Of a DNA stretch of 64,000 nt, positions 63,963 through 64,000 are shown piece by piece. The DNA is from the human T2T-CHM13v2.0 reference genome, Homo sapiens. The stretch lies in the NCBI RefSeq assembly GCF_009914755.1, contig NC_060930.1. The stretch is one strand, 5' to 3'. The notes under the pieces are model-generated. The model saw only the letters and a list, made by a program, of their open reading frames with translations. It made no database searches and was not told the DNA's origin. The position numbers were made by a program, and so were the translations under genes. How positions within the stretch are numbered: position 1 is the stretch's first letter; each line of letters starts with the position of its first letter.

Positions 63963-64000
63963 CTACCAAGCGTGACTTGGGTCATGGGACCGGACCTCTC

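Overview
Primate (most likely human or great ape) genomic DNA, judged from AluJ/S/Y, THE1, MLT1, MIR, MER5A/MER58, Charlie and old L1M elements. I cannot support any protein-coding exon, RNA gene or named locus. The longest ORFs in the track mostly lie in stop-poor tandem repeats or decayed transposons, and the rest show no recognisable domains. The window looks like a GC-rich, distal/subtelomeric intergenic or deep-intronic region. It has about 18 unrelated tandem arrays in 64 kb, several nested transposon insertions with readable target-site duplications, and short AT-rich unique islands rich in homeodomain motifs and palindromes (candidate enhancers). The most unusual structures are: (1) a ~1.6 kb CAGATA/CAGATG hexamer satellite that switches strand around a duplicated quasi-palindromic 17-mer; (2) a ~1.5 kb G-rich, CpG-rich 40-42 bp minisatellite; (3) an ATG-initiated 403-codon ORF running through a 75 bp VNTR; (4) an Alu with a triplicated 44 bp head; (5) six unrelated arrays with periods of 70-77 bp. 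I see no convincing evidence for a new biological system. Repeat subfamily calls come from remembered consensus sequences and boundaries are approximate.
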